DNA of 64,000 nt from Candidatus Undinarchaeota archaeon (GCA_964574035.1 CAZNLD010000001.1:16220-80219), one strand, 5' to 3'. Positions 46,222 to 56,167 are shown, counted from the first letter of the stretch. The notes: generated from the sequence alone by a model not told the origin. Numbers and translations: made by a program.

Positions 46222-46779
46222 ATGATGGAATTAGATACTAAAATTAAATTTGATAAAATTGACTTAGCTTTTCTTGTAAGTCCTATTGAATATAGAAGTG
46301 CATTTTTTACAACAGTTGATAAAGAACTTGTAGAAAAGGTCAACTTTGTTTTAAAGCAATTAGAAAAGAATGATGTAAAAGTTATTGTAGTGGAAGGCGG
46401 GGCAAATGAGGTAGGGATTAACCTCCGGAAAAATACAATTAAAATTGAAAGCATATATTTTAATAAAAAAACAACAAAGCACATAAGAAAAATTGCAGAA
46501 AAGAAAAAACCCAGAATACTAATTTTCGGCGGTCTGCTTGGACTTCATCGTGAGAAAAAAGAAATAGATGAGAATAAAATTTTAGGAGGCTGTGTTCCTG
46601 CTGCAGCAATAAGGGTGTTTGAAATATTAGAAAAATATAAACCTGAAATTTTCATTATTCCAGAATTATCGATAATTAGTTCAAATGACATAGACCTAAA
46701 AAGGAAATACAAAGTGATAGGCCGATACATAGAAGAAACAGACAAAGAATTGAACCTGACAATTGCAAAAAAGATTTAA
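46222..46779 (+). CDS. Hypothetical protein (185 aa), possibly with a Rossmann-like nucleotide-binding fold.
   Basis: KVIVVEGGANEV and RILIFGGLLG strand-Gly motifs. No confident family assignment. Confidence 0.3.
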   Translation: MMELDTKIKFDKIDLAFLVSPIEYRSAFFTTVDKELVEKVNFVLKQLEKNDVKVIVVEGGANEVGINLRKNTIKIESIYFNKKTTKHIRKIAEKKKPRILIFGGLLGLHREKKEIDENKILGGCVPAAAIRVFEILEKYKPEIFIIPELSIISSNDIDLKRKYKVIGRYIEETDKELNLTIAKKI

Positions 46780-47453
46780 TTAATTAGGCTTGTTTTGTTA
46801 ATTACTAATTCCCCGCTGTTTCCTTTCCATTTCTTTTCAGATTTTTCAATTTTTATTTTCTTTTCAAAAATAGGGCCATCTAAAACAAAGGTTTCGTACT
46901 CTCCTCCTTCCCCTGCAATATGAACTCCGTATTTTTCATTCAGCTCCCTTAATTCTTCCAACAGATTTTTGTCAACTTTCCTTCCGAGCCAGCTTTCATC
47001 CAAACCTTCTGCTGCAGCTCCAGTAATAATAACTTCAAACCCAGCAGAAATTAATTCATCCATATATTCTTCAGGGTCTTTTTTCCAGTACGGAGAAAAA
47101 CAATTTAAGTCAAATTTTTTGCATATCTTTTCAACCCTTGATTTTTGATATTCGGAAGCAATAGCTCCTGTTGCTATCCCCTCAATTCCGTATTTTTCCT
47201 TTGCTTTCTTTACTGCTTTCTCTAAATCAAGAAGTTCTTTTTCTTTAATTCCAGATGTTTTTTGAAAAATCAATGGTAAATTTAGAGCTTCCGCCTGAAC
47301 TTTAACTAAATCAATATTCGGAATATGAAACATGTAAGAGTCGTCTCTTTCTGATTTTAGAGAAATTAAAACTTCGGGTTTATGATTCTGTTCAGCCCAA
47401 TAAAGAGCCATTGCAGAATCTTTCCCTCCGGAAAAAAGAATACCTATTTTCAT
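46776..47453 (-). CDS. dph6: PP-loop ATP pyrophosphatase of the MJ0570 / diphthine--ammonia ligase (Dph6) family.
   Basis: 225 aa. PP-loop MKIGILFSGGKDS. Confidence 0.55.
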   Translation of the reverse strand: MKIGILFSGGKDSAMALYWAEQNHKPEVLISLKSERDDSYMFHIPNIDLVKVQAEALNLPLIFQKTSGIKEKELLDLEKAVKKAKEKYGIEGIATGAIASEYQKSRVEKICKKFDLNCFSPYWKKDPEEYMDELISAGFEVIITGAAAEGLDESWLGRKVDKNLLEELRELNEKYGVHIAGEGGEYETFVLDGPIFEKKIKIEKSEKKWKGNSGELVINKTSLIN

Positions 47454-48184
47454 TTATTTTTAACTTCAAAACCTTTTACAGCATCTATAATTTCAGCAAC
47501 TTTGCTATATACTTTTTCAATTACTGTACCAGTAACAATAACATCCGCTCCCGCCTTCATTTTATTAATTGCTGTAACCGGACCGTTTATTCCTCCTCCT
47601 ACAATCAGAGGGATGTCAATTTCTTTCTTGACTTTTCTAATAGTATCAACAGGCACGGACTTCTGAGCCCCTGAACCCGCCTCCAAATAAACTAAACCCA
47701 TTCCAAAATACTGAGCTGCGAGGGCATTTGAAACAATTTCTTTTGGAGTAAGCTGCTGTATCTGCGCCACTTTCTCAACCGCAGTTGGTTCTCCTGTATT
47801 AACTACAACATAGCCCATTCCAATTGGTTCAAGACCGTACTTTTTAACTAAAGGAGCTCCTTTGACCTGCTCTCCAACCAAATACTGCCTCTTGTTTGAA
47901 TTAAGAAGGCTCATGAAAAAGATTGCATCTGCATGTTCTGAAACTGCCTTTGCAGAATTAGGAAAAAGAATTACAGGAATGTCAACTGCTTCGTGGATCG
48001 CTTTTGTAAATTTATCAACTGAGCCTGTGGTTGAACCGCCAATCATAATTGCGTCAGTTCCGAACTCTTCAGATTTTGAAGCAAGTTCTGCTGCCTTTTC
48101 TGGGTTCATATTTTCAGGATCAAACAGACTAAAATGGAGCTTTTCTTTCTTCATTTTTTTCAGAAGTTTTTGATAGAGGGTCAT
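47450..48184 (-). CDS. Geranylgeranylglyceryl phosphate synthase (GGGPS).
   Basis: 244 aa. HFSLFDPE, AIMIGGS and IVGGGI hallmarks of the PcrB/GGGPS TIM barrel. Confidence 0.8.
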   Translation of the reverse strand: MTLYQKLLKKMKKEKLHFSLFDPENMNPEKAAELASKSEEFGTDAIMIGGSTTGSVDKFTKAIHEAVDIPVILFPNSAKAVSEHADAIFFMSLLNSNKRQYLVGEQVKGAPLVKKYGLEPIGMGYVVVNTGEPTAVEKVAQIQQLTPKEIVSNALAAQYFGMGLVYLEAGSGAQKSVPVDTIRKVKKEIDIPLIVGGGINGPVTAINKMKAGADVIVTGTVIEKVYSKVAEIIDAVKGFEVKNK

Positions 48185-48230
48185 TCTCTTAAATTACTAT
48201 GAGAGAGAAGTTAAAATATTTATCTACTAA

Positions 48231-49310
48231 TTATTCAATTACGCCTGTTTTTTTGGCAAGTTTTTCAGCAGCTTCTTTTGACAGGCCGTTCCTTCCGAAA
48301 ACCGTATATCTGTCTCTTAGAGTATGGGCAGTGGTTAATGCTTTGATTACTTCTTCACCTGGAATTCCAAGTTCTTTTGCATTGATTGGAGCTCCAATTT
48401 TTTTCAGGGCGTCTCTGAATTTTTCCCAGTCAAGTTTATGCAAATAAGCAGTTAAAATAGTTCCGACCCCGCACTGTTCTCCGTGCATTGCCGGCTTCTC
48501 TGCAATTCTATCTAAAGCATGTGAAAATAAATGTTCAGCTCCTGAACATGGCCGGCTGTTTCCTGCTATACACATCGCAGTTCCTGAACTGAGAAGACTC
48601 TCAACTACTAAGTTTATACTTGTTTCAAGATTTTCTTTGATCACATCTGAATTTTCAAGAATAACTTCTGCACTCATAACTGAAAGGGCTGCAGCATAAT
48701 CTCCAAAATACTCTCCTTTTAATTTGTGGGCAAGCTTCCAGTCTTCAACTGCAGTATAATTTGAAATTAAATCGGCGCATCCGGATGCAGTCATTCTATA
48801 TGGAGCTGTCTTAATTATACTTGTATCTGCAACAATTGCAATCGGCGCCCTTGTAGGATAAGAAGTGTACTTGCCTTTTTCTTTTTTGTCGTGAATTGCT
48901 GCAATAGGACTCCCCATTCCATCATGGCTCGCTGCCGTAGGAACTGAAATAAGAGGGATTTTTTCTCTGGTAGAGCTTAGTTTTGCAATATCAATTGGAG
49001 TTCCTCCGCCTACACCCAAAGCAATATCTGCATTAGTTTCTTTTATTAACTTCTGAGCTCCTTTTACATTCTCTTCAACTGCGAAATCACCAATATAAGT
49101 TTCAACATTAAAACCAGCGTCTTCAAGCTGGTCTTTTGCAGTATTTCCGGCGATTTTAATTGTTTTGGGGCCTGCAACAATAACTGCATTCTTTCCCTGA
49201 GAAAGCTGGCTGGCTACATCTCCTATTTCCTCTATGCTTCCTCCTCCAACCAGGACTAATCTTGGAAGTTCAATTTGATTTATTTTGCTTGTCATTCTCT
49301 CACAATTCAT
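48231..49310 (-). CDS. egsA: Glycerol-1-phosphate dehydrogenase.
   Basis: 359 aa. Fe-ADH/DHQS-like fold (VLVGGGSIEEIG). Adjacent to GGGPS. Confidence 0.75.
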   Translation of the reverse strand: MNCERMTSKINQIELPRLVLVGGGSIEEIGDVASQLSQGKNAVIVAGPKTIKIAGNTAKDQLEDAGFNVETYIGDFAVEENVKGAQKLIKETNADIALGVGGGTPIDIAKLSSTREKIPLISVPTAASHDGMGSPIAAIHDKKEKGKYTSYPTRAPIAIVADTSIIKTAPYRMTASGCADLISNYTAVEDWKLAHKLKGEYFGDYAAALSVMSAEVILENSDVIKENLETSINLVVESLLSSGTAMCIAGNSRPCSGAEHLFSHALDRIAEKPAMHGEQCGVGTILTAYLHKLDWEKFRDALKKIGAPINAKELGIPGEEVIKALTTAHTLRDRYTVFGRNGLSKEAAEKLAKKTGVIE

Positions 49311-49383
49311 ATTAATTCTTACTTAAATAAGTTTTTACAGTATCAAAATAAATATAAACTCAAGAATACACTTAAAAAGTACA

Positions 49384-50187
49384 ATGAAAAAATTGCTGAT
49401 AGGTGGGATCATTGCTTTGATTATAGTAGCGCTTCTCACAGTTGGTGCCAGAGCTCAATTTGTAGGCGACTACTGTACTGTAGGAACGGTAGATATTGAA
49501 AATAGTGTCGTAAGTTCAGGAGTTCATACTAAAATGAGTTATAGCTTTACCTGTTCCGGAGCAGCTTCATATTCGGGACAAATTACAAAAATGCTGATTA
49601 AGATCCCATTTACAGGAATTGAAAATCTTGAAGCTTCTGACTCATACGGGACACTTGATGTTCTTGAAGGACCGGAATATGTAGGAAAAACAGAAAGCGA
49701 AACAGAATCTACAATAGGAGTTATATTTAGAAAAGGTCTTTTAATCGAAAACAAAACTAATTCATACACTCTTACTCTTGAATTTGATACAAATACATTA
49801 ATTTCAACAAGCGAAAATGGAATTTCAACGGTAAAACCAGATGGATTGGGTCCATCTCCTAAAATCACAATTGTTTCAAAAGGGATAACCGAAACAACAT
49901 TATCAGTAGATAAAAACAATTATAATTTAGAACTTCCAGAAGGAGCTTCAATACAGAAAACAACCAAAGGATGTAATATTGACGGTGGAACAATTGTTTG
50001 CACCGGATTGACCCCAAAAGAATTGAACTCAGTTGAAGTACAGTGGGAGGGCGGTTCAGGAGAAACAGATATTTCTCTTGAAACCATCCTTAATAAGCTG
50101 TTAAATAAAGGAAAAGAATCGGCTCCGAGCATAGTAAACTTAGTTAAAAATCTGGTTAAAAGAGGAATGAGTGAAATTTCAGAATAA
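49384..50187 (+). CDS. Hypothetical secreted protein.
   Basis: Signal peptide MKKLLIGGIIALIIVALLTVGARA. Confidence 0.4.
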   Translation: MKKLLIGGIIALIIVALLTVGARAQFVGDYCTVGTVDIENSVVSSGVHTKMSYSFTCSGAASYSGQITKMLIKIPFTGIENLEASDSYGTLDVLEGPEYVGKTESETESTIGVIFRKGLLIENKTNSYTLTLEFDTNTLISTSENGISTVKPDGLGPSPKITIVSKGITETTLSVDKNNYNLELPEGASIQKTTKGCNIDGGTIVCTGLTPKELNSVEVQWEGGSGETDISLETILNKLLNKGKESAPSIVNLVKNLVKRGMSEISE

Positions 50188-50190
50188 ACA

Positions 50191-50523
50191 ATGTATAAAC
50201 TGGCTTTTTTTATAGGCATAAGTGCAACAACAGCAGTTCTGTCTTATCTTATTTTAGGGAAAGAAAAAGCATCCGAAATGAAAAAAGCAATAAAAATCAA
50301 TATTCCGATCTCAATAGCTAAACCCTCATCGAAAAAACCTAAAATTAGCTCAGGATTTGAAATACAAAAACCTGAAGCACCTAACTATGGAACCAGTACT
50401 CCTGTAAGCAGTCTCTGCGGGCAGTGTGGGAAACAGACAACTATGCCTTTTAGATGCAGAAGATGCGGCGGGCTGTTCTGTTCCGAACACAGGCTTCCAG
50501 AAGCCCACAACCGTGGACAATAA
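50191..50523 (+). CDS. Membrane-anchored AN1-type zinc-finger protein.
   Basis: N-terminal TM. C-terminal CGQCGKQTTMPFRCRRCGGLFCSEHRLPEAHN fits the AN1 pattern C-x2-C-x9-C-x2-C-x4-C-x2-H-x5-H. Confidence 0.5.
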   Translation: MYKLAFFIGISATTAVLSYLILGKEKASEMKKAIKINIPISIAKPSSKKPKISSGFEIQKPEAPNYGTSTPVSSLCGQCGKQTTMPFRCRRCGGLFCSEHRLPEAHNRGQ

Positions 50524-50603
50524 ATTTGTTTTAAAGGAACCACTACATTTATATACTACTTCTTACCACTATATAGTAGTGAACTTGGGAGAGATGGTTT
50601 AAA

Positions 50604-51455
50604 ATGGTCGTATGGATGCTCTTTGCAGTGCCGGTAATTATGGTTTTCGGAGCCATGGGACTGGCTATTAAATATCCCCATAATTTAATTATAGGTAAAA
50701 TTATTTTTGAAATAAAACAGTACGAAAAAGCAGTTGTTTACCGTTTAGGTAAATATCACAGAACACTAGAACCCGGCTGGCGTATTGTTATTCCAATTAT
50801 TGAAAGTTTTGTCAACTATGATTTAAGAACGGAGGCACTTGACGTTGCTGCTCAAGAAGTTATTACAAAGGACGGAATTAAGCTTTTAATTGATGCAATT
50901 ATTTACCTGAGGGTTGAAGATGTTGTAAAAGCGGAGCTTGAAGTTGAAGAAGACTATAGAAAAGCAATTGAAGCCCACGTAAAAGGTCGTATCAGAAATA
51001 TTGCAGGTACGGTTGATATTAATGAACTTTATGCTAATATTGGAGATATTAACAAGCAGTTAGAAAAAGAAACACAGGAGCTTGTAAGATCATGGGGTGT
51101 TGATATTGTTAACATGGAACTTCAGACAATTAAACCGCCTGAAGATGTTGTTGATGCTCTGCAGGCCAGAGAAATTGCAGAGAGATATAAAGAAGCTGCA
51201 AAGGAAGAAGCTCAGCAGACAAAAATTAGAATTGATGCTATTGAAGCTGCTGCAGGAAAACTTTCTGAACCTGCATTAAACTATCTTTATCTGCAGACCC
51301 TGAAAGATGTTGCCGACGGACAGTCAAGCAAGATAATCTTCCCGCTTGAATTCAGCAAGCTTGCTGAAAAGATTGGAAAAGGAGTAGGCGGAGGACTGGA
51401 TAAAGAAGGCCTCGAAAGTCTCGCAAAAAAGTATCTGGGTTCTGCAGCAAACTAA
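50604..51455 (+). CDS. SPFH / band-7 (stomatin/prohibitin-like) membrane protein.
   Basis: N-terminal TM then the band-7 core (YEKAVVYRLGKYHRTLEPGWRIVIPIIE). Confidence 0.75.
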   Translation: MVVWMLFAVPVIMVFGAMGLAIKYPHNLIIGKIIFEIKQYEKAVVYRLGKYHRTLEPGWRIVIPIIESFVNYDLRTEALDVAAQEVITKDGIKLLIDAIIYLRVEDVVKAELEVEEDYRKAIEAHVKGRIRNIAGTVDINELYANIGDINKQLEKETQELVRSWGVDIVNMELQTIKPPEDVVDALQAREIAERYKEAAKEEAQQTKIRIDAIEAAAGKLSEPALNYLYLQTLKDVADGQSSKIIFPLEFSKLAEKIGKGVGGGLDKEGLESLAKKYLGSAAN

Positions 51456-51463
51456 AATAAGAA

Positions 51464-51697
51464 GTGACAATCATGAGAAGTGAAGAAATTTTAAGAAGTA
51501 AAACAGATGTTGGAAAAATTTCTGAAAGAACTAAGGTTCTTCGGGTAGACTGCGGTCTGGAAAAGAAAGATGCAGTTGACATTATGAAAAGATGTAGAAC
51601 CCTGAAAGAGGTTGTATTCGAATATAATGCATTTAATCATACCGAAGAGGAAGCCCTGGAATACCTGAATAGATGGGTTTATCTTGAAAGAGAATAG
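51464..51697 (+). CDS. Small hypothetical protein (77 aa), a paralogue of the N-terminal module of the next gene.
   Basis: Shared module: L-[RT]-V-[DN]-C-x-L...A..I...CR.L..V.F...AF..T..E..EYL. Confidence 0.35.
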   Translation: MTIMRSEEILRSKTDVGKISERTKVLRVDCGLEKKDAVDIMKRCRTLKEVVFEYNAFNHTEEEALEYLNRWVYLERE

Positions 51698-51738
51698 ACT
51701 GAGTAAAATATATACTAATAAACCTACTATTTTTCTTT

Positions 51739-52155
51739 ATGGAAGAACTTCATGAATATACTCTGGAACATAAAGAAGATGTATGGAAACTTCCATCTGA
51801 AACAAGAATTCTTACTGTAAACTGCAGATTAAACCTTCATTTGGCTAAAAAAATAATTGAAAACTGCAGAGAGCTGGAATTTGTAAAATTTTCACCGCAC
51901 GCCTTTGAAATAACCGACAAGGAAACAGTTGAGTATTTAGAAGACCTTATTTTTGTTCAGATTGTTGGAAAGAAAATAAAACAAGATATTGATGAAAAAA
52001 CAAGGAAAAGAATAAGGAACCTCTGGAATTTAGGAGATCACAGTACAGAACATTTATCCGAGAAATTTAATATATCAAAAGATGTAGTTTATCAGATAGT
52101 TCATGAGAAAGCTCCGGAGCACGCAAAGGAGGAGAAGCATAAACATGGCAGATAA
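51739..52155 (+). CDS. Hypothetical protein (138 aa) with the same N-terminal module plus a C-terminal HTH-like segment.
   Basis: Paralogy to 51464..51697. The C-terminus LGDHSTEHLSEKFNISKDVVYQIVHEK is HTH-like. Confidence 0.35.
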   Translation: MEELHEYTLEHKEDVWKLPSETRILTVNCRLNLHLAKKIIENCRELEFVKFSPHAFEITDKETVEYLEDLIFVQIVGKKIKQDIDEKTRKRIRNLWNLGDHSTEHLSEKFNISKDVVYQIVHEKAPEHAKEEKHKHGR

Positions 52156-52570
52156 ATATCCAAAACTGGCAGTAGACATTTTAGTTGAAGAAAACGGAAA
52201 AATCCTTTTAATTAAGAGAAATTTTGAACCTTTTAAAGGAAAGTGGGCTCTGCCCGGCGGATTTGTCGAACTCGGAGAAACTGTTGAACAGGCTGCAGTC
52301 AGAGAAGCTGAAGAAGAAACAGGACTTGAGGTCGAACTTGAAGGCATATTAGGAGTTTATTCTGATCCGGAAAGAGATCCAAGGGGGCACATAATTTCAA
52401 TAGTATTTTTTGGCAGTAAAAAGGATGGAAAAGAGAAGGCAGGAAAGGAAATTCAGGACATCAAATGGACAAACTTTAACAAAACTGAAGGTATTGATTT
52501 TGCTTTTGATCACGCAACTATTGTTGGGGACTATAAAATTATTAAAATGGACATGGATATGCAGAGGTAA
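52145..52570 (+). CDS. NUDIX hydrolase.
   Basis: Nudix box GGFVELGETVEQAAVREAEEETGL. The start is chosen at the internal Met MADKYP. Confidence 0.75.
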   Translation: MADKYPKLAVDILVEENGKILLIKRNFEPFKGKWALPGGFVELGETVEQAAVREAEEETGLEVELEGILGVYSDPERDPRGHIISIVFFGSKKDGKEKAGKEIQDIKWTNFNKTEGIDFAFDHATIVGDYKIIKMDMDMQR

Positions 52571-52606
52571 AAACATAAATAAGCCCGGTGCAATTATTCT
52601 TTAAAA

Positions 52607-54340
52607 ATGAAACTATTACTGCAACACGTTGACTATGTCAATTTCAAAGTAACGAAAAAGACAAAGTTAGCCCGTAAACTGTCAGAAAAAGAAAAAAAAG
52701 GAGAGATGAAAGACTGTCTTTTTGTTAGATTTGCTTCCGAAAAAGAAGATGAAGCCGATGAAGACAAAATTGCAGAAAAAACAGTAAAAAACATACTTGA
52801 TGTTGCATCTGAAATTAAAGTTAAAAAAGTAGTTCTCTATCCTTATGTTCATTTGCTTTCAGGTTCAGATCCATCTGGAGTTAAAACAGCACTTCATATT
52901 CATAAAAAGATGAAGACCCTTCTTGAAAAGGAAGGATTTGACGTTCTTAATGCTCCTTTCGGCTGGTACAAACAATTTGAAATGAAATGTAAAGGCCACC
53001 CGATGAGCGAGCTGAGCAGAGTTGTTAGCTTAGAAGGTAAGAAAAAGAAAAAAGAGGAAAAAAAAGCTCCGGAGAAGCCAAAAGACGAAGAAGATGAAGG
53101 AGAAGTTAAACTTGGCAAACAAACTGTTCATTTGGACAGGGAAAAACTAAGCGAGAACGATCATAGAATTATCGGACAAAACCTGGACTTATATTCATTC
53201 CAAAAAGTAGGACCAGGCATGGTTTTCTTCCATTCAAAAGGATGGACAATTAGAAACCAAATGATTAAATTTATGAGAGAAAAACTTAATGAAGCCGGCT
53301 ATGAGGAAATAAATACGCCGATTATTCTTGATAAAAAACTCTGGAAAGTTAGCGGGCACTGGGATCATTACAAAGACCATATGTTCTTTACAAAAGTAGA
53401 TGACAGGGATTTCGCAGTTAAACCAATGAACTGTCCAGGAGGAATTCTGGTTTACAAAAATGAGAGCAGAAGTTATAATGACCTTCCAATGAGAATGTCA
53501 GAATTCGGACTGGTAAGCAGAGATGAATTAAGCGGAGTCCTTTCAGGTTTGTTTAGATTGAGGACATTTACGCAGGATGATGCCCATATTTACTGCACTG
53601 AAAAACAAATGGAAAAAGAGCTTGAAGATTTAATTGAACTTATTGACGATATTTACAAAACATTTGGATTTAAGTACAAGGTTGAGCTTTCAACAAGACC
53701 AGAAGATGCAATGGGCGATAAAAAAATCTGGGACCAAGCCGAAAAAACTCTGAAAAAAGCTCTTGAAAAAAAGAAAATTAAATATAAAATCAATGAAGGA
53801 GACGGAGCATTTTACGGCTCCAAAATTGACTACCATGTTACTGATTCATTAGGAAGAGACTGGCAGTGCGGAACGGTTCAGCTTGATTTCTTAATGCCGG
53901 AAAGATTTGAACTTACATATATTGATTCAAACGGAGAGGAAAAAAGACCTGTAATGATACATAGAGCAATATACGGAAGCCTTGAAAGGTTTTTAGGGGT
54001 TTTAGTTGAGCACTATAAAGGAAAATTCCCGCTCTGGCTTTCTCCTGAACAAGTTACTGTACTAACAATGAATGAGGACAGCATTGACTACGCTAAAAAA
54101 GTAGTTGAAAGATTGAAAAATGAAGGATTCAGAGTTACCCATAATTATGACGCTGAAACGATTGAAAGTAAGATAAGGGATGCCCAGCTTCAGCATGTTA
54201 ATTATACGATTGTTGTAGGAGATAAGGAAATTGAAAGTAAAACCATTGCTGTCAGAAACAGAAAAGGCAAGGTCAAATACAAGGTCAAATTAGATGACTT
54301 TGTAAATAAAATGAAAAAGGAAATTAAAGAAAGGAAATAA
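52607..54340 (+). CDS. thrS: Threonine--tRNA ligase, archaeal type with the N-terminal DTD-like editing domain.
   Basis: 577 aa. Class II motifs (FRLRTFTQDDAHIY). Archaeal N-terminal editing domain. A K/E-rich insertion (KKKKKEEKKAPEKPKDEEDEGE). Confidence 0.85.
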   Translation: MKLLLQHVDYVNFKVTKKTKLARKLSEKEKKGEMKDCLFVRFASEKEDEADEDKIAEKTVKNILDVASEIKVKKVVLYPYVHLLSGSDPSGVKTALHIHKKMKTLLEKEGFDVLNAPFGWYKQFEMKCKGHPMSELSRVVSLEGKKKKKEEKKAPEKPKDEEDEGEVKLGKQTVHLDREKLSENDHRIIGQNLDLYSFQKVGPGMVFFHSKGWTIRNQMIKFMREKLNEAGYEEINTPIILDKKLWKVSGHWDHYKDHMFFTKVDDRDFAVKPMNCPGGILVYKNESRSYNDLPMRMSEFGLVSRDELSGVLSGLFRLRTFTQDDAHIYCTEKQMEKELEDLIELIDDIYKTFGFKYKVELSTRPEDAMGDKKIWDQAEKTLKKALEKKKIKYKINEGDGAFYGSKIDYHVTDSLGRDWQCGTVQLDFLMPERFELTYIDSNGEEKRPVMIHRAIYGSLERFLGVLVEHYKGKFPLWLSPEQVTVLTMNEDSIDYAKKVVERLKNEGFRVTHNYDAETIESKIRDAQLQHVNYTIVVGDKEIESKTIAVRNRKGKVKYKVKLDDFVNKMKKEIKERK

Positions 54341-54691
54341 TCAAAATTTAATATGTTTTTTTAACTTTTTCTTATCATGCTTCCTTAAACCGCCGGTGAA
54401 ATTTTTAGGTATATGCCTTAATTCATGAATTAAGACTTCGTCCTGCTTTTTCTTGTTCAGATTGTCAAATCTTTCAGACAGGACCTCAATGACGTATCTT
54501 GGCTCCATGAAAAGGGCCTGCTGCCATATTTTAGGAAAGGACCAAATCCTTGCCAGAATGCTTTCAGACTTAGAACCCTCCGACCTGAAGCAGTAAATTT
54601 TGCTTGAATCAACGTTTGAAAAACCGTTGGAATCGACTAATTCAATAATTCTTTTTTTGATGTCGGGAGCTCTGAAATATTTGATTGCCAT
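54341..54691 (-). CDS. Small HExxH zinc-metallopeptidase-like protein (SprT/WLM-like).
   Basis: 116 aa. HELRH motif near the C-terminus. Confidence 0.4.
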   Translation of the reverse strand: MAIKYFRAPDIKKRIIELVDSNGFSNVDSSKIYCFRSEGSKSESILARIWSFPKIWQQALFMEPRYVIEVLSERFDNLNKKKQDEVLIHELRHIPKNFTGGLRKHDKKKLKKHIKF

Positions 54692-54788
54692 AGTTTAATT
54701 AAGGACTAGATTCTTTTTATCACTTGTGAAACGCAAAAGCTGCATAAATAGATTCTGCTTTTGTGAGCATTTATGGATAAAGGGTGAA

Positions 54789-55538
54789 ATGCAAATGAAA
54801 GTTCTATACTGGAAAGACGACAAAGCTGGAAAGAATATAGCTGAAAATCTGGTGGAAATTGGACTGGAGCATCTTTTAATTGAGTCAGAAAAATCTCTCT
54901 TATATTCTGAAGAGCTGGATATTGAAACTGATCTGTTTGTAGTTGCTTCAACGCATAGAAGTAAAACAAATAAACCCAGCCTTACGGTCCATCCAACAGG
55001 AAACTGGGGCTCTGCAGATGTCGGAGGAAACGAACATGAACTTTCATATACTAGTCCGGAAGCTCTGGCTGTCGGCTTGAGGGCAATTAATAAAAGAGAA
55101 ACAGAAGGGTTTGATGTAAGTATGGAGGCGACTCATCACGGCCCTACCGGCTGGAAAACTCCCCTGATATTTATTGAGATTGGAAGTAGGGAAAAAGAAT
55201 GGAAAAATAAAGAAGCAGGAAGAATTATTGCTGAGGCAATTTCTGAAATAAATGATTCTAAACAGACGTTTGAAAACTATGTCGGCTTCGGCGGGATACA
55301 CTACTGCCCTTACTTTACTAAAAGAGTTCTTGAAAATGAAGGGATTGCAATAGGACATGTTGCTCCTAAATATGCCTCAGAAGATTTGGATAAACAAATA
55401 ATCAAAGAGGCATTTGAAAAGAGCAATGCTGAAAAAGCTCTCTTTGACTGGAAAGGATTGAGAAGTAAGGAAAGAAACAAAATTTTAAATATTCTGGAAG
55501 AGTTAGGAATAGATTACAAGAGGGCGAGAGATATATGA
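54789..55538 (+). CDS. dtdA: D-aminoacyl-tRNA deacylase, archaeal type (DtdA/DTD2).
   Basis: ASTHRSKTNKPSLTVHPTGNWG, MEATHHGPT, FIEIGSREKEW and DWKGLRS match the DTD2 family. The start is at the internal ATG pair (MQMKVLY). Confidence 0.75.
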   Translation: MQMKVLYWKDDKAGKNIAENLVEIGLEHLLIESEKSLLYSEELDIETDLFVVASTHRSKTNKPSLTVHPTGNWGSADVGGNEHELSYTSPEALAVGLRAINKRETEGFDVSMEATHHGPTGWKTPLIFIEIGSREKEWKNKEAGRIIAEAISEINDSKQTFENYVGFGGIHYCPYFTKRVLENEGIAIGHVAPKYASEDLDKQIIKEAFEKSNAEKALFDWKGLRSKERNKILNILEELGIDYKRARDI

Positions 55539-56167
55539 GGAAACTATTTTGGAAAGATCCGTATAAAAAAGAATGCAGAGCAAAAGTTAAAAAAATTGAC
55601 GGCAGGAAAGTTGTATTAAATCAGAGTATTTTCTTTGCTTTTTCCGGAGGGCAGACATCCGATAAAGGAACAATTGGAGGAATCGAAGTTGAAAAAGCAG
55701 AAAAGGACAAGGACATAGTTTATACTTTGAAAGAAGAACCAACTTTTTCAGAAGGAGAGGAAGTTGAAGTAAAAATTGACTGGGATTTCAGATACAAATT
55801 AATGAAACTTCATTCCGCTGCCCATATTGTTTATGAAATATTCAAAGAAACAGCTGGCAGGAAAAAGATTATTGGCTCAAATATTTCAGGTAAAAAAGGA
55901 AGAATTGATTTTGAAATGGATGAAAACCTGAATGAATACCTGCCTCAAATTCAGAAAAAAACGAATGAATTAATTCAGAAAAATTTGAAGATTGAAACTT
56001 ATGAAGATGAAATTGAAAAAGGAAAAAGATGGTGGGAAATTCCTGGGAAGTGGAAAATGCCCTGCGGAGGAACTCATGTTAAAAAAACATCTGAAATAGG
56101 AGAAATTGAATTAAAAAGAAAGAATATTGGAGCAGGGAAGGAAAGAGTTGAAATTTACTTAAAATAG
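55535..56167 (+). CDS. alaX: Alanyl-tRNA editing protein AlaX (AlaX-M type).
   Basis: 210 aa. N2-like FFAFSGGQTSDKG. HxxxH (HSAAHIVYE). CGGTHV zinc-binding motif. Confidence 0.8.
   Translation: MRKLFWKDPYKKECRAKVKKIDGRKVVLNQSIFFAFSGGQTSDKGTIGGIEVEKAEKDKDIVYTLKEEPTFSEGEEVEVKIDWDFRYKLMKLHSAAHIVYEIFKETAGRKKIIGSNISGKKGRIDFEMDENLNEYLPQIQKKTNELIQKNLKIETYEDEIEKGKRWWEIPGKWKMPCGGTHVKKTSEIGEIELKRKNIGAGKERVEIYLK

Noticed and set aside
46173-46484. 103-aa minus-strand ORF
   Set aside because: It overlaps the plus-strand 185-aa ORF and has a hydrophobic low-complexity translation. It is probably spurious, although neither ORF has strong support.
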